Shown piece by piece: positions 49,401 through 52,309 of a stretch of DNA of 64,000 nt. The position numbers were made by a program, and so were the translations under genes. The notes under the pieces were generated by a model. That model was not told the DNA's origin. It did no database searches and saw nothing but the letters and a program-made list of their open reading frames with translations. Where the stretch lies: contig CM000431.1 in assembly GCA_000165345.1 (NCBI GenBank), positions 544,001 to 608,000 on the forward strand. The letters are read 5' to 3'. Numbering within the stretch: the stretch's first letter is position 1; each line of letters starts with the position of its first letter.

Positions 49401-50138
49401 GAAATATTGGAGTTGAGAAGAGTAATCAGAAAACTACTAAATAATTATAATGAATTAAAATTTGTTGACATTGCTTGTCCTTATCTTCCAACGAAGAATT
49501 CAAGAAGACTTATTTTAGAACAACTAAAAATCGCAACATCTATTTTACCATTAAAAAGATTCGAAGCTGTGGATTTGGATGAAATATTGACAGACGACTC
49601 CATTTTGTTAGAAATGTTTATGTTTGCTCCGTTTACCTTACCATTGATATATGGAAAAGAGTATTTTGAAGAATACAAAAATAAAATTACAGGTTGTTCA
49701 GAGGTAATGGAAGCATATTCATCGTTTAAAAATTACATTATTCAAACTCTAATAAAGAATAATTACAATACTGAATATCCGATTATTTTTAGTTCTCCTT
49801 TCCATTTACCTTTTGTAAAAGAAATTTTACAGATTTTTGAGAACTCTAAAATTATTGTTGTTGATAATAAACCAGATAATTCGACCATTCAAGGGAAGTT
49901 GTCAATGGTAAAATCTTTAAAATCAAAATATACGAATCTAGATGTTAGCGAAGAAGAAAATTCAGAGGTATATTTGCTAGACATCCTTGAGGAAATGAAG
50001 CATAGATTTGTTATCAATGAACCCAGCATTGATAAAAATAGGCTAATTTATCTCAAAGATTTTGGAGAGATACACAATGAAAAGATAAGTGTACAGTTAC
50101 AAGATTTCTGTTCCACGAGTATAGACAGTAGATTTTAA
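25407..50138 (+). CDS. FAS1: Giant modular type I fatty-acid/polyketide synthase (8243 aa, intronless): acyl-CoA ligase-ACP loader, three KS-AT-DH-ER-KR-ACP modules, C-terminal thioester reductase
   Basis: It is one continuous ORF. The first ATG is at 25407; the track start at 25383 is a TTG. All the domain motifs listed in the domain features below are present. The size and domain order match my recollection of the published Cryptosporidium parvum CpFAS1. Confidence 0.95.
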   Translation: MLNKEEYGPCINSTFSESNSKMNPKNNESNFQDQVSLKDLFSLYGKNPFFYTLKENARINGFRECYSWIGSNGDIKKKFTYREFFEKVVELSWYLSKKLGIKAGDKVILCYTPGYDFVIAFTTCLVSGIVAVPVYPPDPMRGQSEIQRFCDIKQASETNISLTCTSYMRSIEIAKTMSTDKRFKSIRFEATDNLKIRKEEYINEVQKAINDIILNDSNHFDFLGFDFNINTVAFLQFTSGSTSQPKGVMVTHGNLLYNIHICISSYSFPSVLEEHYKNELDSIPAGITVLKKNELTEDELSFIHNEFGEEKNIMSLNDIKYDKLYLYMSIINKVLYKNTMSSASVFSWLPVYHDMGLIGFFCTPLFFGCNIFQMSPIDFIKKPYLWMQCMDKYNCSVSGAPNFAFEVVVRKTPKEILNQLNLKHVFAILSGAEPIRKTTIDRFTEAFKSVGIKHNVIKPAYGLAEHTLIVAGSNSFQQEVNHITVNTKKLREKNIVEIKEAKEKSSTETTSFVSSGIVYKGIDLRIVNPESLKEVTPGNVGEIWISSESVTLGYYNNKEETEKTFNANFTMLDGKTSKSTYMRTGDSGFIINDMLYISGRIKDMIIIRGRNFYPQDIEEVIDGVSGVRQGSVAVFSVTQADGEEAIGVAVEIRMETSILGRVRRFFEKPAYDNIVRAISKAVFIGHGLPVHYIWLLSPRTILKTSSGKIRRSQTRDAIFSKKLVPLFEWVCEQSPMSDILVERSSQFISPTSMIISKSGVQNKSKFYEKTHSGQQKISEQANDEKNEFDIDQVKIKIIEFAAQVLGITQKDLDLNAPLHEYGIDSLGSIRLSEMMNEEFGVELDSTLLFNYPTVIEIVDFVAAQISGKELHRKNLLNRSGIDSYSDIVVVGMSCSFPGGSSTPGEFWSLLQSGVDAIGEIPKSRWNIDEYYSTDLDLENKMYTKEGGFIENIDQFGASFFKISHAEARSMDPQQRIFLEKSFEALKDVGYTIDTLKKRNISVFAGCCSNDWTHVCKSEANSNIGTYAATSHAASIIANRVSYTLGLTGSSVTVDSACSASIVALHVSLQEISTGQCEAAVVGGINLMLSPQITVALCKARMLSMDCRCKSFDAAANGYVRGEGVGVLVLKTMENANNGEKIYSVIKGSSVNHNGRSASLTAPNGISQQNVINSALEYAGIRPNDIGYIEAHGTGTSLGDPIEVSALKSIFSRTRDSGKPLIIGAVKTNIGHLEGAAGMAGIFKVILSLINDTVPPNLHFKNINPHINLKGFPVIIPTSNIALQTYDGSKTCAGVSAFGFGGTNAHAIFEKPNLSIDLPIKTVKIETNKARNNPVLFVFGFQGFQHVNMGKYYFEREIVYREWFLKCCKIIDPFLKISLKSLVYPETKNMEKLRELNKILEQEEYAQCALFAVQYSLAKLLESKGIYPGAVIGLSDGELVASVYCGSINLEDGLKLCMLRASLLSEFSAGEGKMALFNVSKEDAEMALADVGPQHNNRVSIFASISSNQVLLSGDEEKLETVVFILKEYYPRANAHSIDAKFLRTKYSFGTNGMNGLIEPISNLMENIALETPMIPMISGTSGYFVYEELTSPKYWGWQLNNKLSISKALNTAILNGASTILDLMPISRSEFEISEIFNFENIDKDTIYYSLFEDTNLESYEPNKFNKMIKVVSEILLKNPYNVEDACDQIINSNGSTYSRESFPWNSFKHSILGEQKSIDRSVKIVSTLNNKSIKLFSDHKVYETIVIPGAGLIDLAAASIITVSMDDDSILQGSNALFGESIAVKLNNVLFEKPVVVNRTSLFSSECTEVINQLKSYNNLANDQKTNLICNIESDGSISIQYCNIDNQEDFDYEADNSMIDCFSCKAKISEGEFVLSEDLAQLKNNTNIKEDPKIMYEEYEEIGLKYGKKFRVVKEIYRNETCSIALGKIYLPETCKFGTFESGFYFHPAILDGALHVAGSLLKYKDSFKSKQAMVPVSIEEIEIKYVNANQMIWAAAYLSEATQNYSIFDLVLFDSEGSCIGKLEKVSLRQFNSKNISRPTVSHNEILWITEWEKSDVLKFSKNISKESDFDLKIALIHSGICNISEKDDIQLPKANISFVNLDKIKESNIEELERLIDITSLDSLVFLSPVELALSAKIDCEKISIDILEYVMKICKLYLKILKQAKPTKQEQKINIPNFWIITTNSQNLINYNINENICIPNNSGLWGLAKSANLEISSLLTNFSQPIKSVDLEITDFSDNQYLRKTIGSLVRWIGNFEYSSLKEKENLIFKFEREFSITSKNIYVNRINKFHKQIVGPVELFMQNRGSISNLSLIESEPIQLEKLNDYEVVMRVKSIGLNFRDVLNVMGLYPGDPGPPGGDCSGTVVAVGEGVKHIKVGDNVFGIAPGCLKTYVTTDSNLLCKIPKGFTFEQAAALPVVATTVEYSLKDIANIKKGDIVLVHAVTGGVGLMVVQYCKAIGAKVYGTAGSESKVEYALSNGVERVSSSRNADKFKEDMKDLEGKVDIVINSLIEDFIPNSLNLLKKGGCFVELGKRGIWTEEEMKEKRPDIKYKCVAVDVMMEEDPSWFGGMLTRIKNLAEEGIIESLPLKVFDMRGSDENGIDAFRYMQRAQHIGKVIIKIPYLAGIGDNSIPEECLITGGSGSLGLVLTETLLNEGITNISIISRSGIESQSDSIKAKWEKLFKRILNNKNGNSGIRFFNIDIGNKDSVYKLINTEFKNLKHIFHLAGVLSDSNIETQTRESIEEVFKPKAIGAWNLHNICEELGLNKELKTFVMYSSIASGLGNFGQTNYSAANSCLDSLSQYRVSKGLSSRSIQWGAWDEDGMAMNIRQHLGLVGMSPISKTTGQQVIFDLITTQIYEENRKSATIMCLPIKWKTYINTIYSGENIPQFSLVNTNLRTKRQQNTILLKMSKEERETYIEKQIISLSKSILGVEIKSLDQPLQDIGIDSLAALEFRNALSKKFNIKLSATTLFDYPTIRGIKDHISEKLSVKESIYETNKTQISNLILSQDNLSDDNVGVIAGLACRFPGGCNTPDTLWKSLIRGYSINPLSGKMFNSVGGAFCASREIPIQRWNHNLVYNADPDKTGKCYSYKACFIDSIDMFDNSKFGITNIEAKHMDPQQRIVLETCYEALVAAKIKEETLIGFQMGVFIGCCSNDWSFLQSRKGMAPFTGTGAANTTISNRVSYVFGMRGPSMTVDTACASSLTAACIAMDSFRNKECNGAIVGGVNALLSPNLFIAFCKARMLSVDGKCKTFDASADGYVRGEGCGAIVILKQSEQKKQNTPILGRIKGWGCNHVGRSASLTAPNGPAQTCVIKMALNQSKLNSSDIDYIETHGTGTALGDPIELGALKSVFGRNADYKRSTPLVLGALKSNIGHLEGAAGIAGLIKLVLVLKHETAIRIAHLTKINPHLDLEDFNVIIPQKTVSLKCNKNKLIGGVSGFGFGGCNTHVIVESTEKNKSEDIEAADFSKNHILFVFTGQGSQYINMCKGIYETEPIFRENMNLCNEIVSKILNISLLDIIYPIDGNKDAEFKAMNMLNDTRYAQPAIFAVEYSLAQLWISKGIKPDSVLGHSLGEFIAATISQVMTIEDALTLVTHRASIMASTPALDGIMVACRLTESQVVDTIKRFGLEESASLAAVNGQKSVTISGKKESVYKILEYNNVGSRFRRLDVSHAFHSPLVSEASDKFSKLLENIELKKPTVEFISTVTGKKEIESISTAKYWSKHILNTVRLSDAVYHAIESVNSRMTFIEITSKPILSQLLKALIPVNSSHISVKCTCKLVNSEIDFIQPLEEMQEFGSENSSFTNHANNLDDDSWRFKLLKRRQISWSDISHPIIAPLHDFNDIEWVKENISISKSNARELVEKLEFTCMISPELLDLFDNHKVLGQSILPGAAFVDFMATVALNYTKSQFTLGVIGAMPDWIQLKGIFFRNPFIMSSAKQYKYLNTQFDSQDYSDEDNSSRSSDFNIIMSKGNNCQISIESSLKMDEETVVYATCDEVEYVSSIEAQTKSLCIISEWPSSELISNSKKVSQEDIYEKMSIAGLQYGSRFKTLKEMWKVTSNSAVGIIQSELFTKNCAESPDNLAVYESIMNERGFTIHPTLLDGVLHMCASILGDQSDKETFNELHKRATMVPISINKCLITSKIDTSKYIKGEKYWAFVQLKSSDKDSAIVNVALKSMSGVPIAVLLGVSLRSVKNGVISTHTIKHVIPNELLWRIDWDEVIESITNSEIVSLPTKVNCDNTENESYQGINANLVEKRKVLLLTNSCNISKKELYSEYFTADIVCEASKLSLAEIEATIYGRDDQELPPSPSNEAKYDLICLHIPNSDKNKAIVSLLPVLYLCKILRSMFENKERLIPRVRIITENIFNVDGMNLEFRTNSGVAPFIKSARQELELFSDQSVSLGLIDIETAEDLNKAIILSFVKDILCFKKREDITSNGTLTESQRLFLNTEYEPELVLKKKIKGKEDNCEAHYRIITPKLVSLRGEAAIIGSCKLNLSSRGAINNLELLPLSNEERKCPSANTVEIRVRSIGLNFRDVLNVMGLYPGDPGPPGGDCSGTVVAVGEGVKHIKVGDNVFGIAPGCLKTYVTTDSNLLCKIPKGFTFEQAAALPVVATTVEYSLKDIANIKKGDIVLVHAVTGGVGLMVVQYCKAIGAKVYGTAGSESKVEYALSNGVERVSSSRNADKFKEDMKDLEGKVDIVINSLIEDFIPNSLNLLKKGGCFVELGKRGIWTEEEMKEKRPDIKYKCVAVDVMMEEDPSWFGGMLTRIKNLVEEGIIESLPLKVFDMRGSDENGIDAFRYMQRAQHIGKVIIKIPTPFKYLELDTENHKLNNVGSEKEDRHNNEYGIHVITGGLGGIGRIIIKWMLEEGVRKIAILSRSANNDSLRDIPEIKDYLNTDIIQIECIKCDVSILSQVESAFREILVKFGETNQIHGIFHAAGILMDGAIASQTMEMMESVYAPKVYGAWNLHECCEKFDLNKNLKHFVMFSSVASLLGNFGQTNYSAANSCLDSLVEYRRNKGMCGTSIQWGPWIEQGMAMNIKQHLEKVGMHGISNEMGIRVINDVILYQNTDLDKNSLGKYPVITCQSFNWNVYMRQLYYNSKYPSFFKDVVASMSTGEVKNIGMDFRGMSKEEVYSYVKDSVHNIVEQIIGIQSSTLDLDTPFSELGMDSLSAIELRNALISRFGIKISSTALFDYPTLRSIIQHLTDSLYVSETRDAFSDLGMSISEREYSVAIIGVSCRLPGRVKSFNDLYEIVLLKSKDCITEIPLDRWPFDLYYDPDPDNRSKSYVNQGAFITDIDLFDNTFFGLSSTEATNVDPQQKYMLEVAYEAMYNSGITKRSLTSIKKTAKTGDDPVLMGVFIGCCNTDWHFLQAKFGFENFTSYTGSGGASSLVSNRVSYSFGFRGPSQTIDTACSSSLVAMDAALKSLKEGSCHTALVGGVNLMLSPHLFVAFCRARMLSPDCRCKTFDASANGYVRGEGCGAILLTKRSEIGGKKIRPIAYVLGSATNHNGRSASLTAPNGPSQTEVIQNALRNARLTPNDIDYLESHGTGTPLGDPIEFGALKTVFGNKKDIKRSQPLILGALKTNIGHLEGAAGVSGLLKLILVLKNRIAPKILHFQKLNPHIDTENFDVEFPTELKPIISNKSKLVGGVSSFGFGGCNSHVILESASANELNTESSQNKNYPYLIFAYTGQGCQYINMCKQLYDTEEVFRNEMDKCNELLYPILGRSLISTIYCEKTMESEKLINHTSISQPAIFSIEYSLTKLWESKGIVPSAVMGHSLGEFAAAVTSGILCLKDAITLVARRAEIMASLPQNDGIMVACRVSEDQVLDSINKLNLKDSAAVAAINGPKSVTISGSRSSVMQVLNNLGMEDRYKQLDVSHAFHSPLVSSAEEKFEKVIENIQFFEPKLTFFSSVTGNIESKLLIENKYWAQHIIHSVRYYDALETAISTDEENIAIIEIGPKSVLTSMGKQAVGGIQLVQSSNENISNNELTWIPTIDNSKSNTIDFNDALKAAREYIKYISESVCVHKWNHSRFHWADLTSVHPLLGKFYSSISDENYLAYSTDMLKSKVFKNIVEDHVIFDTNIIPAAALIEASACAAFKLQRSEKFPSKYVEMDSMDIEKPLVSNQDETTSEMEVFVAKSGAIQIRKKCISEAFEYEEEFSGPQIIANDTVFSNSRIYHHASISNSRILSKDEVDKQCFPNLVDYLEKYSSKDTMEVPIDNIYKMMNEIGLQYQKNYQCLKTVKVKIDNSNDEKKIKSSGSNQINEVFCYVKRPISDFDLTELRIHPGMLDSVFQASSVLFASDELLEGKDTTKNKRGHVAMAPIGFTKCFYGRIQHNSDVWGLVKLNRFEKKGNIAFIDVTLWDSKTNILAAHFQDLILKGFSNAASLLSQEVRIPNQFLWRTYNKKIVDRTNYIENSSTFEQENKEDQDKEFNSEDSDHDNQIQKILIFGIPTVIKELICSKMDNKYKKISTTFICLEEDLTIDLIDQKIQEENWSAMFYLGGLMDNLSSKQVMGDILKISQVISTISVSITTAPFVCLTSFNDCKEDGNIPRHSGIKGFVKTARVELENVIGKSINISHIECNSSLVNDPETLMRTISYIASIYEGKIEEEITLERDLTISESGIYAPRLESINFPVFGAIKLTMSSRGAIGNLKFKPQPQSERVNPPANTVEIRVRSIGLNFRDVLNVMGLYPGDPGPPGGDCSGTVVAVGEGVKHIKVGDNVFGIAPGCLKTYVITDSNLLCKIPKGFTFEQAAALPVVATTVEYSLRDIANIKKGDIVLVHAVTGGVGLMVVQYCKAIGAKVYGTAGSESKVEYALSNGVERVSSSRNADKFKEDMKDLEGKVDIVINSLIEDFIPNSLNLLKKGGCFVELGKRGIWTEEEMKEKRPDIKYKCVAVDVMMEEDPSWFGGMLTRIKNLVEEGIIESLPLKVYDMRGSDENGIDAFRYMQRAQHIGKVIIKIPTPFKYLELDTENHKLNNVGSEKEDRHNNEYGIHVITGGLGGIGRIIIKWMLEEGVRKIAILSRSANNDSLRDIPEIKDYLNTDIIQIECIKCDVSILSQVESAFREILVKFGETNQIHGIFHAAGILMDGAIASQTMEMMESVYAPKVYGAWNLHECCEKFELNKNLKHFVMFSSVASLLGNFGQTNYSAANSCLDSLVEYRRNKGMCGTSIQWGPWIEQGMAANLKQHLEKVGMYGISNELGIRVLNDILCFVSKSSSVIGCQSLKWDTFMRRYNTIPTFLSEVDYSSQGRSQGRVDISKLSDEELVVVIAQVAQQCASSPTLPSPDTVLLDLGLDSLGAVEFRNSVLEMTGVKLPQTLVFENPTIYAISMYVRDQNSGNSTKSDSKKHSQTSNEQAKMTIEQWLLSSLKQSERYILYAEAFEKKYQTISNLITETDIISALEELGVENNQDYDLLYVSWNELISSEEENSKKQNDSNSKKLEQELIFDPIADVEEIKNSMKLDLDGISTTTDPSEFKTALLTGVTGFVGRILLVKLIEEFKNMQIVCLVRASSSEKGLERIINVCEEAEVWNPTYASRIIVECGNFEEEYLGLSEERYYELCKEIDVVYHIGGDVNLLSNYKRLRKTNTLSLVGIINFCTTIKLKHLHFSSTLGQFPAFFAVFTREFENAVVKETEGPSTREMSRLFPPTRQGYPWSKWAAEQILETAHQQGLPLSIYRLPNTYIASDTGYTNKTDYATALLIASILEGMFPIGSSTAPLTPVNTICEIIISASKKKERKHWRYNLLDTRILGKKHVEAWASQLGLGNYKGVAIDEFFSAIKSRGPESPIFKFVPLMQYWRHYWFDNTERTQPFPVDTSNVSEDMPEISWPPLEITFQNSFLYCAKRGYFPSNSSSISFTPIKCYSDALNEIKAELSLRNVNFNQNKYDFICRKMQKNADSIYDSLKKVSLNFCAKYSYYILLKQSIVNQYIVQESLNDSILEKFKMMDCYFITGTSFEEILELRRVIRKLLNNYNELKFVDIACPYLPTKNSRRLILEQLKIATSILPLKRFEAVDLDEILTDDSILLEMFMFAPFTLPLIYGKEYFEEYKNKITGCSEVMEAYSSFKNYIIQTLIKNNYNTEYPIIFSSPFHLPFVKEILQIFENSKIIVVDNKPDNSTIQGKLSMVKSLKSKYTNLDVSEEENSEVYLLDILEEMKHRFVINEPSIDKNRLIYLKDFGEIHNEKISVQLQDFCSTSIDSRF
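25480..27580 (+). other. FAS1 loading domain: AMP-dependent acyl-CoA ligase/synthetase (AL)
   Basis: The AMP-binding signature LQFTSGSTSQPKGVMVTHGNL is present, followed by YGLAEHT, TGDSGF and the C-terminal SGKIRRS. Confidence 0.8.
27790..28005 (+). other. FAS1 loading ACP (ACP0)
   Basis: The phosphopantetheine attachment motif EYGIDSLGSIRLS is present. Confidence 0.75.
28060..29340 (+). other. FAS1 module 1 ketosynthase (KS1)
   Basis: The motifs DIVVVGMSCSFPGG, the active Cys in DSACSAS, EAHGTGTSLGDPIE and NIGHLEGAAG are present. Confidence 0.8.
29395..30320 (+). other. FAS1 module 1 acyltransferase (AT1), divergent
   Basis: It has the positional AT fold, but reads FVFGFQGFQ in place of GQGSQ and GLSDGE in place of GHSLGE. 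Confidence 0.6.
30560..31510 (+). other. FAS1 module 1 dehydratase (DH1)
   Basis: The motif HKVYETIVIP keeps the H and P of HxxxGxxxxP with G replaced by E. Downstream, FHPAILDGALH has the DH D.xxH/Q region. Confidence 0.55.
32400..33295 (+). other. FAS1 module 1 enoyl reductase (ER1); repeat copy 1
   Basis: It has the MDR-fold signatures GLNFRDVL and VLVHAVTGGVGLMVVQ. Its protein sequence is identical to ER2 and ER3 apart from one A/V difference. Confidence 0.8.
32451..33295 (+). repeat. Intragenic near-identical repeat, copy 1 (ER1; about 845 bp)
   Basis: The block starting gtattaaatgttatgggattgtatcccggtgaccctggacctcc recurs at 39075 and 45561 with only a handful of substitutions. Confidence 0.9.
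33310..34000 (+). other. FAS1 module 1 ketoreductase (KR1)
   Basis: The motifs LITGGSGSLG and NFGQTNYSAANS are present. Confidence 0.7.
34170..34400 (+). other. FAS1 module 1 ACP (ACP1)
   Basis: The motif DIGIDSLAALEFRN is present. Confidence 0.75.
34470..35800 (+). other. FAS1 module 2 ketosynthase (KS2)
   Basis: The motifs VGVIAGLACRFPGG, DTACASS, ETHGTGTALGDPIE and NIGHLEGAAG are present. Confidence 0.8.
35850..36800 (+). other. FAS1 module 2 acyltransferase (AT2)
   Basis: The motifs FVFTGQGSQY, GHSLGEFIAA and VSHAFHSPL are present. Confidence 0.8.
36950..38050 (+). other. FAS1 module 2 dehydratase (DH2)
   Basis: The motif HKVLGQSILPGAAFVD is a canonical HxxxGxxxxP, and HPTLLDGVLH follows. 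Confidence 0.7.
39024..39910 (+). other. FAS1 module 2 enoyl reductase (ER2); repeat copy 2
   Basis: It is the same sequence as ER1. Confidence 0.8.
39024..40580 (+). repeat. Intragenic near-identical repeat, copy 2 (ER2+KR2; about 1.56 kb)
   Basis: It is about 99% identical to 45510..47066 at a constant offset of 6486 bp. Roughly a dozen mismatches are visible. Confidence 0.9.
39990..40640 (+). other. FAS1 module 2 ketoreductase (KR2)
   Basis: The motifs VITGGLGGIGR and NFGQTNYSAANS are present. Confidence 0.75.
40880..41100 (+). other. FAS1 module 2 ACP (ACP2)
   Basis: The motif ELGMDSLSAIELRN is present. Confidence 0.75.
41160..42480 (+). other. FAS1 module 3 ketosynthase (KS3)
   Basis: The motifs VAIIGVSCRLPG, DTACSSS, ESHGTGTPLGDPIE and NIGHLEGAAG are present. 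Confidence 0.8.
42530..43400 (+). other. FAS1 module 3 acyltransferase (AT3)
   Basis: The motifs FAYTGQGCQY, GHSLGEFAAA and VSHAFHSPL are present. Confidence 0.8.
43600..44700 (+). other. FAS1 module 3 dehydratase (DH3)
   Basis: The motif HVIFDTNIIP keeps H and P with G replaced by D. HPGMLDSVFQ follows. Confidence 0.55.
45510..46400 (+). other. FAS1 module 3 enoyl reductase (ER3); repeat copy 3
   Basis: It is the same sequence as ER1 and ER2. Confidence 0.8.
45510..47066 (+). repeat. Intragenic near-identical repeat, copy 3 (ER3+KR3; about 1.56 kb)
   Basis: It is the partner of copy 2, as described there. Confidence 0.9.
46475..47125 (+). other. FAS1 module 3 ketoreductase (KR3)
   Basis: It is nearly identical to KR2. 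Confidence 0.75.
47300..47520 (+). other. FAS1 module 3 ACP (ACP3)
   Basis: The motif DLGLDSLGAVEFRN is present. Confidence 0.75.
47940..49000 (+). other. FAS1 C-terminal NAD(P)H-dependent thioester reductase (R) domain; chain-release terminator
   Basis: The Rossmann motif LLTGVTGFVGRIL and the catalytic Y..K in GYPWSKWAAE are typical of thioester-reductase and NRPS R domains. Confidence 0.75.
49000..50135 (+). other. FAS1 C-terminal extension of unknown function (about 350 aa after the R domain)
   Basis: It shows no recognisable motif and is not low-complexity. Confidence 0.4.
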
Positions 50139-50184
50139 ATTAGAAATGATGTTCGAACTAGTTAGATTTCTGTTTTAAAATTAT

Positions 50185-51339
50185 TTATTCAAAAGTTTCA
50201 TTTGAAAATAATAATGACGCAGCTAATTCAGTATTTCCATTTGTAGCTCTTAATGCATTAATTACCTGGCTTTCAGAAAACCCTAGTGATAAAAGTTGAA
50301 GTTTTTTCCCCTGTTCAAAGCATTGATCATATTCATTATTTGAATTTATTTGACTAATTTCACTATTTATTTCGGATTCAGATAAGAATTGTACCTTTTC
50401 ATCTCCAATAATTAGTGCATTTTGATGCAAGTCAATACAACATTGATACCTTTTAAGTAAATCCAATCCAAATAGGAAATCCACATGACTTTCTTCAAGT
50501 ACTGTTATTGAGAATGGAAAGAAGGAATTTCCAATTTTCATTTGAGCAACGTGTATTTTACCAACAATTTTACTTGTGCCCACACCTTGTGCAATTCCAC
50601 TAAACCTATAGTCTATTAACCTCACGAGGTTGCACTTTTCTGCACATTTTTTAGACATAATTGTTGTTTGCGCACCACTATCAACAAACGCTTTAATTGA
50701 GATTCCATTAACTTCTGCATTTATATATAGCATGTGAACTTGCGTAAAACTTTCTGGTAAATGGTCTTGCGCCAAAATTAAATTTTCTTCAACATTTTGT
50801 TTTCTTACTTGCTCTTCAATTAACCTTTGATATTCTGGGCTTAAAGGGTCCAAATTATACAAATTTGAGCTTGAATTTGAACTAGAAGAAATAGAGTTCA
50901 GATTTCCGGAAAAGTAGTCATTTTTTATTAGTTCTGTAAAACTTTTAATATCATCTTTATCAATTGAATCTCTATATTTACTTGATTTTGAGTAGTATAC
51001 TGATTTTAATGATTGATCTTCTTTAATTTTTGTGAAAAGCTCTTTTGAAAGCAATTGAATCAGATTTTCACGGTCATTCAAAGAAAAATTAGAATTTTCA
51101 AAGGTATTTTTATTGGTTTTTTCTGATAATACAAATATTGAGCCTTCATTTACAATATCAGATAATACGAATCCATCATTTTTCAAAATTTTACCTTCAA
51201 TTGAGAGCTCGTAATTCTTAAAACTATCTAAGTTAAGTTCAATTTCAATAAGCGATTTTAAAACCTCAACAGTAGTTTCTTCATGGATTTCAACTGAGAT
51301 GAGCTCTCCTGTTACGCTATAGAAAATATTCACTTTCAT
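50185..51339 (-). CDS. DDI1: DNA-damage-inducible protein 1 (Ddi1): UBL, retropepsin-like aspartyl protease and UBA domains
   Basis: An N-terminal ubiquitin-like fold is followed by the aspartyl-protease active site FVDSGAQTTIMS and the flap GVGTSKIVGKIH. A C-terminal UBA-like helix bundle follows (QVINALRATNGNTELAASLLF). Confidence 0.85.
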   Translation of the reverse strand: MKVNIFYSVTGELISVEIHEETTVEVLKSLIEIELNLDSFKNYELSIEGKILKNDGFVLSDIVNEGSIFVLSEKTNKNTFENSNFSLNDRENLIQLLSKELFTKIKEDQSLKSVYYSKSSKYRDSIDKDDIKSFTELIKNDYFSGNLNSISSSSNSSSNLYNLDPLSPEYQRLIEEQVRKQNVEENLILAQDHLPESFTQVHMLYINAEVNGISIKAFVDSGAQTTIMSKKCAEKCNLVRLIDYRFSGIAQGVGTSKIVGKIHVAQMKIGNSFFPFSITVLEESHVDFLFGLDLLKRYQCCIDLHQNALIIGDEKVQFLSESEINSEISQINSNNEYDQCFEQGKKLQLLSLGFSESQVINALRATNGNTELAASLLFSNETFE

Positions 51340-51362
51340 TTTATTTATTTACAAATCTTCGA

Positions 51363-51370
51363 TGGCGGGC
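51363..51370. promoter_or_regulatory. TGGCGGGC (E2F-like) 25 bp upstream of the DDI1 ATG (minus strand)
   Basis: The argument is the same as for the 6948 motif. Its closeness to the ATG suggests a very short 5'UTR or a different role. Confidence 0.25.
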
Positions 51371-51553
51371 ATGCAACGCACTCGAGCTGTTATTTGCACA
51401 CTTAAAATCAAAGTGGCAAAGAAAAAAACCTAGTGGGAAGTTAAGTTCAATAAAAAGTAATTGATCAGAGCAAGTATAGCAATCTAAAATAAATACAATT
51501 TTAAGCTATTAAAATATTATGCGTACGATAACCGATCTTTTTCAAAATAAATC

Positions 51554-52309
51554 CTACTCGGCGCTTGCAAGGTCATCTATGTATTTCTCGACACGCTCGT
51601 TGAGCAAATTTATTTGTTTTTCAGGAACTATAGAAAATTGGAAATCCGATCCAGGGCCAATGAAAGCCATTTCTAGTTCAAGGTTTTTTGATGCTCCTTC
51701 CTCTCTAGATTGTATTATCACTCTTGCAGCCTCGTATAACGCGTCTTCCTCGGATAAATTTTTCTCCATTAGTTTTTCTAGGTCAGTTCTTGCAAACTGT
51801 CTACCTTTACCAACCGCCATTGCGCAGTATTTATAGCATGAGCCGGATGGATGAATACAATATAGCTCAACACCTCTATCCTGGTCAAGCCCCCCCAGGA
51901 GTATTGAACAACCGAACGGTCGAACGGAACCATAAAGAGTAAAGTTATGCATATACATTGCAATTCTCTCTGCTAACACGCGTATTGGTATAGGATTCCC
52001 ATAGATTTTTTGATAATTTAACGACTCTGAACGTGCTATTGAAACGATCTTGTTCGAATCCGTAACAAATCCAGCAACACAACAACCAATCTGATTATCT
52101 ATCGCAAAAACTCTTCTGTTAGTACCTGCTACCATCATTTTGCTAGCAACATATTTGTCTACAGCAAAAACAATACCAGAGTTGTAAATCATTGCAATAG
52201 TTGTTCCACTATTGTCAACAGCTTTGTTTGCATATTCGACTTGGAAGACACGACCATCAGGAGAAAAGGTAGAAACTGATGAGTCATATCCAGATCCTAC
52301 ACTAGTCAT
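51554..52309 (-). CDS. PSMA3: Proteasome subunit alpha type-3 (alpha-7/Pre10)
   Basis: It matches PSMA3 along its length. Shared stretches include MTSVGSGYD.S.STFSPDGRVFQVEYA.KAV.NS, R.FA.D...G..VAG...D, VRPFGCS..LGG.D and LY..HPSG. Confidence 0.9.
   Translation of the reverse strand: MTSVGSGYDSSVSTFSPDGRVFQVEYANKAVDNSGTTIAMIYNSGIVFAVDKYVASKMMVAGTNRRVFAIDNQIGCCVAGFVTDSNKIVSIARSESLNYQKIYGNPIPIRVLAERIAMYMHNFTLYGSVRPFGCSILLGGLDQDRGVELYCIHPSGSCYKYCAMAVGKGRQFARTDLEKLMEKNLSEEDALYEAARVIIQSREEGASKNLELEMAFIGPGSDFQFSIVPEKQINLLNERVEKYIDDLASAE

Noticed and set aside
25383-50138. Possibility that the window is a bacterial PKS biosynthetic gene cluster
   Set aside because: The flanking genes are unmistakably eukaryotic (ribosomal proteins eL43 and SA, 20S proteasome subunits, NOP58, UTP15, myosin) and carry spliceosomal GTAAGT...AG introns. 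No tailoring, transport or regulator genes of a bacterial cluster are present.
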